The notes: generated by a model from the letters alone, not told the origin. A DNA stretch of 61,403 bases, filler included, from Sluysia triapertura (GCA_046118255.1; 5 parts of 5 records of this genome joined end to end with filler, not necessarily neighbours in it), one strand, 5' to 3'; positions 41,711 through 55,900 are shown, counted from the whole stretch's first letter. A program made the numbers and translations.

Positions 41711-43363
41711 TTTGTCTTATGGTCCTTTATGACAAAATTGGTAGGCAACCTTGACTTTTTTTTCCAAAATTTTGCATTTTTCTTTGATATATTTCAACAT
41801 TCATTCGTTGTTTACCTTTATCATTTCGGATATTTTAGAAAATATTCTATTTAATTATTTAAATGCTTTTAATTATTTTAATAGTGAATATTTCCATGAT
41901 TCTCTTTTCTTTGAAAACTTAATGAAAATATTGTGAAATAAAATGCATTATTTTTATTTAAATCTTCAAACTTTTAAATTTTTTTGGATCAAACATTACA
42001 AAAACATTTATATTATATTTTTTGGTTTAAATATACAGATTCAAAAAAATAGTTTGATATTTGTAGAATTATTATATTAATACGATTTGTAGAGATACAC
42101 AATTAACTGCCGTCTAAAATTTTAAGTTAATTACTTAAAATGTATTTTGTAATTTATCAAGTTTATTTTTTACAGTGTATTTTTATTTTATTTTAATAGC
42201 ATGTCGCTTAAATGTGTAAAAATAACCATCATTACCTCAAAGTCTGATCTATTTTTACTTTTCATAGAACTAAAAAAACTTATGATAAAACTATATGTAT
42301 AACCATTTTGAATTACATTAAATTATATAAAATTGTAAAAAATTAAAGCATTGGAATCCAAACTGATGAAGTGCACACTGAAATGGATTATTGGAAAATA
42401 AAAAAGCAGACAAAATGACACAAAATAATGCAAGAAGCAATAATCTTACTTATCAAGACTCAAAGATGAAATACAATGTCGTGTTCCTCAAATGATTAAT
42501 AACTCAGCATTGTCAGTAAGTGAATAACAATAACCAGAAAAGTCTTCTCACACAAAGCATGTAAAATGAATGAAAATATAAACAAATTATAATCTACTTA
42601 TAATTTCTGTCCAAATATAATGCGTACATCATTTTTATATCTTAAATCAGAAAAAAATTTTTATTCAAAGTACTTATCAAAGTCTCAAAAAATTCAAAAG
42701 CAAAATTAATTTTAAAACCGTAAATATGTGAACAAAAACTTTTAAAATATACAATCAAAATATGTTTAAAATTAATAGTTAAGAAGTGTTGCTGAACAAT
42801 AGGATTAAAATCGCACCTTGGCAACGTAAACTTAAAATACAAAAAAGTTATAAAACTGGACATCGGAAATACGTACAATGTAAAAGTGTTTAATCAAAAA
42901 GTCTATTAATATATGATTGATATTGTTCCGAGAAATGGTGCTTGTGCACATTTTAAGTTATTGACATGATTTCCATTCATAATATTGTATAAAGACTTTT
43001 GAACGTCAAAGTCTGAACAAGTCTAAAAAATTTATTTATCTCGTTTTATAAATCATATCTTGTTTTGTAAATCATAATGTAATAATTAATAATAATAATA
43101 ATAATAATAAAATTATTAATAGAAAAATAAATAAATAAAATAATTCAAAATTCATGAAATAGTATTAGAAAATTACTAATATACATTCATATAATATTCA
43201 AATTTAAATTTGACTTTAATGAAAATGTCAGTAATACACAAAATTGAATAAAAATACACACTCAATAAAAGTAGTGTATGTTAAACTGTATTTATTTGTT
43301 TGTATGTTATTCATTGATGTATTTTTGTTTATTTATTTATAATTTATCTGTGTTATACTTTTA

Positions 43364-43500
43364 NNNNNNNNNNNNNNNNNNNNNNNNNNNNNNNNNNNNN
43401 NNNNNNNNNNNNNNNNNNNNNNNNNNNNNNNNNNNNNNNNNNNNNNNNNNNNNNNNNNNNNNNNNNNNNNNNNNNNNNNNNNNNNNNNNNNNNNNNNNNN
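43364..43500. other. Scaffold gap (137 N, no linker)
   Basis: Plain N run. Confidence 0.95.
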
Positions 43501-44555
43501 TTTATTTATGTTTAATATTTGTTTATATTTAATGTCAAAATGATTTATATACAGCTAGGTGCAAATTAAATAAATAAAAATTCATTAATAAAATCTAATT
43601 TTAATTTGATATTTTTTTTATTTGTAGAAATATATAATTAGTTAAAATTTAATGTTTAATAAAGTATAAATAAAGATGTCGAAATTTATCTTGAAAATTG
43701 TATGTATACAACACGAGGAATCGAATTTTTATTTGTTTATGTTTAATAAATAAATTTTATTAATATTTTATTTTTAATTAAATAATTTTTTAATCAGGAC
43801 TTCATAATTTAATAATTGTTTGTTTTTGTAAATTTGGACCCGTTTTTAAAAATTACTAACAATCAAACGCAAACACGAAGCAAATAATACAAATATATAT
43901 TATCTACTTGTGCAACTATGTTGAGTGCATTGCGCAATTATTTTCCCAGGTACCTGTTTATTATATTTGGTAATAATACAAAACTACAGTTTTTGTTTTA
44001 TGCATAAATCTATTTAAATTTACGAAATTATTGTTTTAATTTTAAAGTTTGAAAATGATTTTTATATGCTATAAAATTATATCGAGTTGTTGGTAGAAAA
44101 ACGATTTTTCGTTTCAGAACATTTAGAAAGAAGTCATAATTTTGTATTTAAGCGATTGCACACTTCGCTTCTTTTCTTGTAGTTGTTTTACTCAATATGC
44201 GTTCTTCAAAAAATACTAAAATAATTTTTAGATTGGTAAAATTGCATTTGCCGCAATAACAAATGTACAAAACGTTAATTTATCTAATGCATATTCTGGT
44301 ACTACATTACATTTTCACATTAAGTGTCGTGTGTTTATTATTTGGTTGTAAAATAAATGTTTTGTATGAATTATTTTGATATTTTATTAAAAAAGGTTGT
44401 AAGAGATATATTATTGATTTTTAAATTAAATTTAATTTAATATTTTTCGCAGTATTAAAATTTGGATTTAAATACGAACTATTAAAACCGATTTTTTCTA
44501 GTAAATACGAAATTGCACAATAATCTAAGAAACTATCACTTTTGTTACAATATCT

Positions 44556-44557
<2 letters not shown>

Positions 44558-44620
<63 letters not shown>
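44558..44620. repeat. (ATT)n microsatellite
   Basis: Directly visible. Confidence 0.95.
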
Positions 44621-44927
44621 GCACTTGTAAAATAATAACTAAACTAACCCATTTAGAAAGATTCAACACTTTTTGATAAGAAAGTTCAACTTGGGCAAGA
44701 GAAAATATTGTCAATCCATGATAATCGTTCAAATGCCTTAACGAATAATATTATTATTATTACTAAATATTATTGCAACTAAATATGAATCTAAAAAACA
44801 TCTTAGTGATTTCAAAATAAACAAATTAAGATATACTTATAAAAATAAGTGAAAGAAAATAATAATGAAACGCAAGAAACAGATATGAATATATCACTCT
44901 TAATTATTAAGCCAAAAAGAATACGAA

Positions 44928-44957
44928 TCAAATAGTCGTCTCGATAGAACGAAAACC
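44928..44957 (-). CDS. Putative terminal exon of unidentified gene (GFRSIETTI*)
   Basis: TTATAG acceptor, phase 0 matching the 46201 donor, stop after 9 codons. Confidence 0.4.
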   Translation of the reverse strand, partial: GFRSIETTI

Positions 44958-46200
44958 CTATAATTTCGTTAAAATGAAAACGAATAGAAACATACAAACA
45001 CGAATTTATCCAACAGAACAAATAACTAGAATGTAAGTAAATATGCAAGTAAATAAGTAACAAAGTAAACATGTAAACTATAATATGACCAAAGAAATAT
45101 TATAGAAGGAATTTAATTAATGCAAAGACGAAATTGACAATACTATTATTATTTTGAGAATATTTAAAATAAAATTCACTACCTACAGAAAAAATTAGCC
45201 ATATAATAGAATAAGCAAAAGGGGAAAATTTTTCTCAAATTATTTTAATGTTTAATTCCAAACTTATATTAGACAACTTCTGCTTTGATAATTATAACAA
45301 ACTATATTTTGGAACATCTCTATAAATCAAAATTTCAAATCTCTATACTCAAATAATAAATCAAACTTATTAACAAAATTTGTGGATATATGACTATGCA
45401 TGTTTAGATAACTTCTAGAAATTTTTTTACTTCAGTTTATTAATTTAGTTATTGTACTTAGTTTGAATCGTAACCAGCTACTCTATTGTATAGAAACAAA
45501 ATGTTCCAAGATTAAAAATAGTACTGATTCGTTTTATATCAATGTTTCAACAGAGATTTTTTCAATAACGTGGTCAATATTAATTTAAATTCATAATCTT
45601 CAAAAAATCAAAATGGTTAAAATACTAATCAAAAGAATTAAAACAACCACAGAAACTTTACAGAGAGCATACTATAACAAGTTACCATTGAAACACTACA
45701 GGATAATTTACTATTGAAGTATATGCAGTATCAATTTTTGTGGAAACATTATATACAGTAATACCAATAACCAGATAGAAATATAAAAGAATGACTGTGG
45801 TCATTGTACAAATTATAAAAGGGAAACCTTATACTAAAAGAGATATATCTACTGACAATAGAAATATGTAAAATATCAGTAATAATAGAAATATAGAAAC
45901 AAAAAAGGAAGATAAGATTAAATAGAAGGAATTCTTATTACAACTCACACAAGTTCATTATACAAGATATTTTGTAGTAATCGTTGGAGATTTTCATACC
46001 GCTTGCTTAAGACTCATACAAGATACTGATGCAGTTTTTCGTACAGGTAGATTAAATATTTTCGGAAGCAACAATTATTGGTGAAAGAATCCGAGAAACT
46101 TAGCTTTAAATGACTGTTTTTAGTATTTCAAGGGCAAAATTTCATTTTTTTAAACATCAAAAATTTTTATTATGAATTCACCAGTAATTTTGGCTCTTAC

Positions 46201-46312
46201 TTTCATTCTATTATACCAATGCAAGTATCTAAAATGCAAGAAGGATCTACTAAGATAAATAAAATCTTGTTTGTAACAGTAGCAATGGTATAGTAACTTC
46301 ATTACATCTTCG
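46201..46312 (-). CDS. Putative internal exon of unidentified gene
   Basis: AG acceptor and strong GTAAGA donor; phase 2 joins the 48792 exon to give FKN-EDVMKLLYHCYCYKQDFIYLSRSFLHFRYLHWYNRMK. Confidence 0.55.
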
Positions 46313-46929
46313 CTTTTATTTAAGGAGTAATAATTTGTAATAATAATAATGATAATAATAATAAAAGTAAAATAAAAATAATTTTTAAATTTCAATTTTT
46401 GTGAAAAATTACTTAAAAAGGAAGTAATAAATGATCATTTTAATAAGTAATTATAAATTTTTCTAAGAAATTATCTTGCCTACAAAAATAAGTAAAAAAA
46501 TATTAATAATTTAGTATTGACTAACTGGCATACAAACGAGACACTGATTGGATAGAGTCCGTATAAATAGTGATTCTTTTCAGTCAGTATTTCACAATTA
46601 CAATTTATTAATACGTGATAATTTATTTTACAAATTCATCAATTGTTACTGTTAAATTTTTGGCAGTCACAAACTTGAATTACAAAAATATACTTCCATG
46701 TAGTTTAACGATTTTATTTTGAAATGTTCTTAAGTTTAAAATTTTACTGTAAATCGTAAAGTGAACAGTAAAACGAGTTTATCAATTTTCTTCACCCGAT
46801 TTAATGAGGGCTAAAATCCTCCTAAACTATTAATTTAAATGATTAAATGCTTTAATCTTCAATTAAAACATTTAATTTTTATATTTGTTTACATGTTTTT
46901 CTATTTTATAATTTACATTGCTGTCGAAA

Positions 46930-47516
46930 TATTATTTCTAGGCCCTCATTCTTAAAAATGCAGCGAAGGACCGAATGGGCATGTTGACAGACAATTGTGT
47001 TTATTGGGACAGTCAGAATCCCCATCGTATTATTGAAACGGAAGTCAATATTCCTGGAGTCACAGTCTGGGCTGGAATCTGTAGCCCGTTCTTTGAAGGA
47101 ACTGTGATTGGTGAACGTTAATTCGATATGCTGAAGACTAAAGTGTTTCCCCTTTTTAATGAGTTCCTCCATTTCGGTGATCTTCATTTTCAACAAGATG
47201 AAGCACCTGCGCACTTCACCAAAGATATTCAACAATGGCTGGATGAAACATTGGCATGCAGATCCCCGGAGTTCTAAAGAACGCAGAGTATACTAAAAAG
47301 CCTAGAACTTTTTGATCAACTAAAACAAAGTATTCAGCACGAATGGAATCAAATTTCAGAGGAAGATTGCAAGAAAGTGTGTTGCAGTGTTGTCAAAAGA
47401 TGTTCAAGGTGGATATTTTGAACATTTGTAAATACTTTATGTGCCTATAAAATTTGTCGTTATTGATATCTAAATTTTATTTAAGTTTGCGGTTCGGTTA
47501 CTTTTGGGACAACCTG
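46930..47516 (+). mobile_element. Tc1/mariner-superfamily transposon relic (3' half)
   Basis: PGVTVWAGI..PFFEGTV...HFQQDEAPAHFTKDIQQWLDET..RSP (DDE motifs VWAGI, FQQDGAPAH, WPxRSP); TIR-like CTTTTGGGACAACCTG followed by TA at 47517. Confidence 0.85.
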
Positions 47517-48791
47517 TATAATGTGGAATTACTGTACGATTTTTTAAAGTTTCATTTACGTAGTTTACAAATTACGATTTATTTTCAATTTTAATTGATA
47601 CGTACTTCTCAATATATCAAATATTAGAAAATGTTATTAATAAAGATATGTTCTCAACAGTAATTGTTCAAAACTAATTAGATAGATTATAATAGTACAT
47701 TGTACTCTATACCATACAGAAAATTGCAAAATTACAATTTTACAATTAAATGAGAAATAATCTTTCAATTAAAAAGATTAAAGAATTAAGGAATTGCACT
47801 GGTTACAAAAAAAGCAACAGTAGAATTCAAAATTATGAAGGTAAATTATAAATACTTAAGTTAGGAAGTCTTGAATATCTTTTGTAAATAAAAAGTGCAA
47901 AAACTTAAATAATTTATGCAGAATGCACAATAATAAGATAAATAATGAGTTACCTATATACATCCACCTATCAGACAATGTCAAATCACTCGAAAATTCG
48001 AATTATTTAAGGCAAAGTTCTTTCTACTGCAAAAATAGTATATCGATTGATTAACTATTTTATAGATATTAGCACTAAATAAGTAAATAAATATATTATA
48101 TTATCATTTAAGTAAGCTTTATAAATGTATTCTTTTAAAAAATTATAATTACTGTTTTACATATATAATGAAATTATAATCCATAATGTGCTTTTTCAAG
48201 GACTAAATATAGAAAGTAGAAAAACGTATTTATGCAATGACTTGTATATCACTTAGATGTAAGTAAACAAACATCATAACGAAAGCAGGTATAAGTTAAA
48301 TTTGACGTCCAATATTATTTTATTACCAATGTTATTTTACAATATATACTTTTGAATATGTTTATAATAACATAAATGTATAATTAAAAGCATTAATGAT
48401 TAAATAAATAAAATAAAGTTACAGGTTTAGAGATTTACTTGTTTAATTAATGTGAAATTATAAAATTTATGTTAATGAAGTTAACTTTATTTTATGTAAA
48501 ATGATAAACGATAGTTTATATTTAGATAAACATGGTTTATATTTAGATTAATTTCTATAACTAATTGTGTATTTATCAATTTTCTATCTTTGAGCACTTG
48601 AAAGATTATATTCTTAACTTACTGATTCAACAGGAATTTTGTCTATTTTATATGCTTAAATGTGGCAGTACCAACTTAAACATTGTAAAAATAAATTTCA
48701 ATCTATTTGATTAAAATTATACAGAAACAGTCTATAAAAAGCATTATTAACTTTAAAATGTCTTTCGGTTAAGCAATAAACAAGCACTCAC

Positions 48792-48999
48792 TTTTTGAAA
48801 TTATCTTCTATTTCATTATGATAATAACAATCATCCCAATAGCAACGACCACGGTTTTGAGTAATCAAATTTTTATTTGGATTTAAAAAACCAGACTTAT
48901 CTATACTTTGTTTCAATTTCTGATATCGATCATCAAGAATCAATGAATCCAATAACAGTTCATTTAATGACATCGTTTTGTTACAACCAGTTATCAATT
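48792..48999 (-). CDS. Putative internal exon of unidentified gene
   Basis: Open frame LITGCNKTMSLNELLLDSLILDDRYQKL...RGRCYWDDCYYHNEIEDNFK bounded by AG and a consensus GTGAGT donor. Confidence 0.55.
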
Positions 49000-49911
49000 C
49001 TTAATTCAAATAGATATTAAATATATTCAATTATTATTTTAATACCAATTAAAAATATATTATTTTTATTATAAACTAAGTGAAAATTAAATATTTACTT
49101 GCTTATTTAAATAAATAACACAATATTAACTAATTTATTTTATTTATTTTATATTTGGTAATAATTTATGAAATGTTTGTGCAATATTTTGTTTAGATGT
49201 TTTGTGTTAGAATTTATTTTGTTTTTAGTTTATTACGTAAGTTATTTATAAAATAACTTATATACAAGTTTGCTTTAAACACAATCATTTGATGAGGTAA
49301 TAGTTTGTTTATTAAGTATAATTTTATTAAATGCAAAAAATCACAAGGTTACAGAAAATAGAACAAACTTAAATTTTTTCTCTTTATAAATATTGAAAAG
49401 TAACGAATTTTATTTTTATTTTATAAAAATTTACTTTTAAACATTTAGATACCGGATTTTAGTTTTTACAGGTCCGAGGGAGCTTAAAAGTGAATTTGTT
49501 TTATAAAATTCAATTTGTTACAAAATAAAATTCTTTTGTGATCAAAACAGAAGAATTTTTACCAAATAAAATCTCATATTTAGAAACAAAAACTTTGGTG
49601 GACCTATAAAAGGAAAAGCTTGTTACCATTAAATGATGATTGCTGAAGTACATAAACATTTTTGGCTTAATATGCATTTTAAGTATTTTATATTTTAATC
49701 CATTCGCAGAAATTTTATAAAATTAAGTTAGCAAGTGTTAATGCAGGTCATAAAACAAATAAAACTTTGTACAAATATTGTGTTCTTAAACAGTTTTTGA
49801 ATTCCTTGATTATGTAGAATTATAAAAATGATAATGAAAAGGTAATGAAATAAAACTTTATAAAATGCCAGAAGTTAAAAATCACAAAAATTTTAGAACG
49901 GTTTTGGCCTA

Positions 49912-50011
49912 NNNNNNNNNNNNNNNNNNNNNNNNNNNNNNNNNNNNNNNNNNNNTTAATTAATTAANNNNNNNNNNNNNNNNNNNNNNNNNNNNNNNNN
50001 NNNNNNNNNNN
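49912..50011. other. Artificial contig-joining linker
   Basis: 44 N + TTAATTAATTAA + 44 N. Confidence 0.97.
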
Positions 50012-51532
50012 GGTGACCTCTTTGCATTACCAAATAAATCCAACGGTTGGCCGTTAAGTCAGTAAGTCCAATACGTTGGTGGACTCACCTTTTTTAATTT
50101 TATTCTTCACGTAACATTATTTTACAATATGAATACAAGAATTAATATATTAAGATTTCTTTTAATATTCCAAATAAAAATTTAAATTTGATTTTAAATT
50201 CCAGCTTTAAACTAGTAGGAAAGCTTTAAGATTTTAAGTGATATTTTGATTTTTAACTTAACCTATAATATTAAAACTTTCGATCTTAGAATAAAGCAGG
50301 TATTTCTGATACGGAATCAGTAACCAGACACGTAATAATCAGATTGTGAAATAATTTCTGGAATTTAGTTAACGTCACTTAGCGTTCGGAGAATATTGAT
50401 CTTGTGCTATTGATTTCTCAGACATATAACATTTACCTGGATACGATAATTTTGATTTGTTAAAAGAAATTCGACGTTAATCTGTCAATTTAATTTTACC
50501 AGGATCTTATAATGCCAATATTAGAAACGATTATTGCACAGAACGTTAAATAACTAGTCAAAAAAGTTATTGTTTGACGCTATGAGACTACTTTTTAGTA
50601 AGTCATTTGTACATTTAAAATTTTATTGATCATTTTGCTGAGTTTTTCTTTAAAAAACTTTATCCTCAAAATAAGATGAACTTATAGAGGCATATCTACA
50701 AGAAAAACTTAAGAACGTAATTAAGATTTGATTAAATGTGTTTGTACTAAAATGTAATGCTTATGTATGAATCAATCAAGGGTTTTTAAATTTTATTATC
50801 AATAACTATCAAATGAAAAATTAGTAACTAATACAAATAAATGACAATCAACAATGCTAATGTTTATTAACAAAAATTATCTTAGATTAATATAATTCCA
50901 ATGTTTATAATAATATTATACAAAAATTTCACTTAAACTTTATCTGCAATATTAGAATATTATAGCCAGTCTTAAAAGCTTGATGAATTTCCGTGATATT
51001 TTATAGCTCCTCAAAATGAGAGGTTTCCTTAATAATAACAAACTTACGATCTAATTTCAAACTACTGATAAATATTTTCTCCAAATGCTTCGCTAATAGT
51101 CATATATAGATAATTGATCACACTTCTTATTTTATGGGGTAATTGCATATTCTCTTGTTACTATTTTACTAACTAATTGTTACACTTTGTGACTGAAAAT
51201 TGTATATCTCTTGTAGGTTAAACGAATTGTGCAAGTTTGTTAAAAATTTATACTTTTATATGATTTGGTATATAAAATATATATTAAATTAAATTTTTTA
51301 ATATATTTTAATAAAATTTTAGTATATATTAAATTAAAATTTTATATTACTATTTTAATGTATTTAATAACGAAATTTTATTATTTTCAAAAATTATTAA
51401 TAAATATCTAACTTTTTTATGAATAATTAAATTTTATTTTTTTAAAGTAACTTTAAAAATGCAATTGTTATTTTTAAAATTATTATTAAAGTTATAGGTT
51501 TGGATGATGCAAGAGTGTTCATTAACAAATCG

Positions 51533-51580
51533 TATTATCATTATTGTTATTATTATTATTGTTATTATTATTATTATTAC

Positions 51581-51617
<37 letters not shown>
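51533..51617. repeat. Imperfect (ATT)n microsatellite
   Basis: Directly visible; source of the poly-Ile ORF. Confidence 0.9.
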
Positions 51618-52205
51618 GTTCTGCTTTTACTAGTTCAAAACAATTATAATATTAATACGATATGGGTCCGCCTATGTAATACGATTTATCTTTCGAAAAG
51701 GACGTATCCGCAGGAATAATCAGTTCTACGAAAAGAAAACTTAACTCTTAATGCGTAATAATTAATAAGGGTCTTTTCTTGAATGATATCATAAAACTTT
51801 TATTCTCACAATTCCTTGTTGGGTGTTTTAGAATCAATGTAAAAGGAATTTAATTTACTCTATCAATCCTAGTTGCGGTTAACTTCTATTTTATGTTAAT
51901 TTCTTGATTTCGAATAGAACTTTCTTTAATTAGACACGTGTCTTTTTAACTAAGAATGACACAAAAGTCGTAATAATTTTTATTAATCAAATACTAAAAA
52001 TTCTTTAGACAAAATTTAAAATAATAATAAGTATATTTATGATTGTAATGCACAAATATAAAAATTAGCAAAAATGAATTTTAGTTAGGATTTTGATCCA
52101 GGCGAATGCTTGGATTTGTTAATAAATGCAAAAATTATTAGTGCATAGACCTTTATAAAACTAGCTTCCTATTATTCACTATAATTTATTTAATTCCAAT
52201 GATAG

Positions 52206-52290
52206 TAGCGTCCTAATGAATTTCAGATAGATATCTCCACAAAAGACAGCGTCCTGATAAACTCCAGATATATATCTTCCACTAAAAACA
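52206..52290. repeat. Two-copy ~42-bp tandem repeat
   Basis: AGCGTCCTAATGAATTTCAGATAGATATCTCCAC / AGCGTCCTGATAAACTCCAGATATATATCTTCCAC; lies in the putative 3' UTR/LTR of the gypsy element. Confidence 0.7.
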
Positions 52291-53789
52291 GAATGTGTAA
52301 GGAGGAATTCTTTGGAACTGCGTGAAGTTTATTGTAAAAATCGATATGTAACTTCCAAAATAGTGTGTGGAATTTCCAGAATCTAATCCTCACGATAAAG
52401 TATTGTTTTTTAGTAAATTATATTTGATCTAAGCATTCTTATCCTATTTATATGGAAGTCGAATAGACTATTTAGACTATTTGCATAAAATAACGAATTA
52501 CATAATAATGTTTCAATTACTAATGTTTTTACATAATACTAATTTTTATACATTATTAATATTTATACGATTCATTTGTGATATTTCTAATAACTTTACA
52601 ATATAAATTATTTCTTTATCGTTGTTACCAATTTATTTATTAATTACATAAACAATTTTTACGTAAACACATTTACAATATCTACAATATTTACAATATT
52701 TCCCCATCAGGGAAGATTCGTCTCGAATCATAGGAGTATTGTAAATGAAATAAAAGAATATATAAAACGTAAACACGACGAAAGTTGGTTATAAAGAGTA
52801 AGAATCACCAGAAATCATCAAAAATTGTCCAAGTCTACGTCCGAATCATCAGTCTAAGTCACCGGATCCACGGTACAAAAGCCGTATTCAGTCCGAATGG
52901 TACACGGGTCGGTCGAGGAGAGTCTGAAAATGATATAGGATGTTGTTATGACATTTTTGGTGGTGGCGAAGGCGATGGAGACATGTTTGATTGAAGCGCT
53001 GAAGGTGATGTCGATGTTGGCATGGTCAATGGTTTTTACTGTAGACGATGATGCTAATGGTACTGAATGATAAGCAGACGGTGCCACGAAAGTATTATCA
53101 GGAGTAGAATGAGTAGGAAAAAGTGAATGAGGAATAAAAGTTAGATCTTTCTCACGGATTAGGTCCAGCAAGGCAACTAACTCGAAAGACATCCGTGAGC
53201 ATGTCATTCGAGGAGGTATCGGATAAAGTAATCTAAAAGTCTGTCTGCCCCTTAAGATAGCATTATCCGTAGTATACGATAAGAGGTTGTTGTTGGATAA
53301 ATTAATAAGACCGAACCGAAAGGTAGGTTCAAGTCTCTGATAATAAGACGTGGGTTCAAAGACACCATGATCTTATCGTGAGGATGTCGTCTATATCTTT
53401 TGCCTCGGAAATGTCTGAATCTTTAATTTCCTGAATATCCCGCACGAAGTTTTTAATGCGTAGGCAAGGTATTATGTTTTATCTGTATGGTGTTGCTTGG
53501 AGTATGGAACGCAAGATATTTGAGTAACACGAGGGCGATCCATAAAATCATAAGCGTTTGAATACGCGATGAAAGTCAAGCGGTCCTCATCATAAGCAGA
53601 CATGGGTGAAATATGTCTGCCAGCGTGCTAAATTGGCAGTCTCATCCATATATATAGACTGGTGGATTCGACATATGCATTTGATACAAGGTCAATTCAT
53701 CACAAACTTGGAGAACTAATAGTTGTGGTATAATCATATTTGAACCTGGTGGTATTTTTATAAAACCATATTTACTGTGGATGACCATA

Positions 53790-54085
53790 TCTTCCAGTTT
53801 ATTGATAACATTCATATCCAATATTAGTTCATAGGGGCTGCTATCTCAAACATTTATTATGACTTGTACATATTGTCCTAATACTTCTATATAGCACAAT
53901 AAAGTTCCGTTGATATTTACGGTGTTTGATTAACATTATATATTACCGAACTGGTCTATTTAAGAACACTGATTCCCAGGTAGTTAGAAAGTTTTTATGA
54001 ACCACTGAAATAGTAGCGCCTGTATCTACGATTGCCTTAACCCATCGCCCATTGAAACGTACATTTTGCATTATATGAGCCAAAT
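53790..54085 (-). pseudogene. Second retropepsin-like aspartic protease, downstream of integrase
   Basis: VRFNGRWVKAIVDTGATISV (DTGA at 54015-54026), then NINGTLLCYIEVLG...PYELILDMNVI (decayed ILG motif); absent from the ORF track. Confidence 0.8.
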
Positions 54086-54229
54086 CATTTCCATGAGAAT
54101 GTATCATGTCTCACTTGTTTATGTCGTAGTGCATGAATTGAGGATGGTTTATCTTCATCCTTGTGTTTTGGCTGAATTTTCAATCTAGATTTTTGTACTT
54201 TTCTATTCCTTAAACTATATTCCTCTTTC

Positions 54230-55330
54230 GATGCCATCTTGCATCTATTGACTTGTACTACAAACGTTTCGGAATCAATTTTATTAGGATCATTAACAAA
54301 CACATTTTTGTTATTACATAAGGTCCTTTAAAAGGTTTATTTAACTTAGGTGATTGACCTGGTTTAGTTATTTGATAATCTATTAATACATCGTCAGCTA
54401 TTTTAAAATTGTGTTCTTTAGCTGTTTTATCGTAGGTATCCTTATATATTTGCTGTGAATATTTAATTTGAAGACCTGCTCGCTTCCATGCGTCCTGTAA
54501 TTGTTCCCTCATTGTAGTTACATATTCTGGAATCTCCAAGTAATTTGAAGTTGGAGGATCCCATTCTAAATCTACTGGCATATTAGAGTGTCTCCTGTAC
54601 ATTAAATAAAATGGCGTGAAATTAGTTGGTGGATGTACAGAACTTCTATATGCAAAAAGACATAGTGCTCTATATAAGTCCCAGTGAGTTTGTCTATCGT
54701 TTACATAAGATTGGATCATATTGATGAGAGTTCTATTAAAACGTTCCACTAATCTATCGGTTTGTGAATGGTAAGGCGATGTGTAAATTCGAAGTATATT
54801 AAAAATTTTTGCTACATCGCTAGTACAGTTAGTTCCTTGGTCTGTCAGTAATTTACGAGGCGTACCATATCTGTAGATAATTTTTTCTACCAATATTTGT
54901 GCCACAGTTTCGGCTTTTTGATTGGGCATCGGATAAACCTCTGGCCATTTAGCTAAATAATCCGCAAATACAATAATATTCTTATTACCGTTAATGGTCT
55001 CTGGAAGAGGACCCATAATATCCATAGCGGTAAATTCCATTGGTGATAATGGTACAGGCATGGGTTTTAGTGGTACCTTAGTCTTTTGTCCAGTATTTTT
55101 TCGTCAGCAACATATTAAACAATCCTTGCACCATTTTCTGATATCTGATTCCATATTTTCCCAATAGTATGTGTTTTTGATTCTCGACAATGTTTTTCTT
55201 GTTGATAGATGACCTCCTAATTCTCCGTCGTGAAACTCTATTAAAATAGGTATGATTAATGATTCTGGTATGATAGTTTTCCATTCATCTTTACTATTCT
55301 TAAATCTTAATATCCCATCCATAATAGCTA
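54230..55330 (-). pseudogene. Gypsy integrase (HHCC zinc finger, DDE core, GPY/F)
   Basis: FHDGELGGHLS...CKDCLIC; AMDIMGP, LTDQG, VERFNRTL; FKGPYVI; VQVNRCK; frameshifted. Confidence 0.95.
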
Positions 55331-55494
55331 ATCTTTTTGTTTGCAGTTTATTCAAGGTTCCCTTGGCCAAGGCATCTAAAATAGTCGAGATTTCTTTTTT
55401 TTCTCTCTGATGCTTAATAATCTCTTCACAGTTCTGCATCTTTCCCGATATTGTCATAATTTGTATCAAATTGATATATCACTTATCATCTACA

Positions 55495-55900
55495 TTTGTC
55501 AATCTAGACATACAGTCAGCCCCGTTATTTAGGCTACCTGGCTTATAAACAATTTCCAAATTAAATTCTGATAATTTATTAAACCACCTGTTGAGTCTAT
55601 TGACTTCGTCTCTGTGATTACACAAACATGTCAAAGGTTTGTGATCAGTATACAAATAAACTTTTGTCCTAGCAAATAATGTCTAAACAATTTACATACA
55701 TATACTATTGCTAGACATTCTTTCTCTACAGTCGAATAATTCATCTCTGCTTTGTTAAGTCTTCTACTGGCTTATGCTATGACTGTTCGAGATTATTTTT
55801 ATCTTTCTGACCTAAAATTGCGCAAATAGCATAATTACTGGCGTCCATAGTTAGTATGAAAAGTTTATTAACATCCGGCAATATTAATATTGGCGCTATG
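55495..55900 (-). pseudogene. Gypsy RNase H
   Basis: [63 protein letters not shown]. Confidence 0.93.

Noticed and set aside
51504-51719. Poly-Ile membrane-like ORF
   Set aside because: ATT microsatellite artefact
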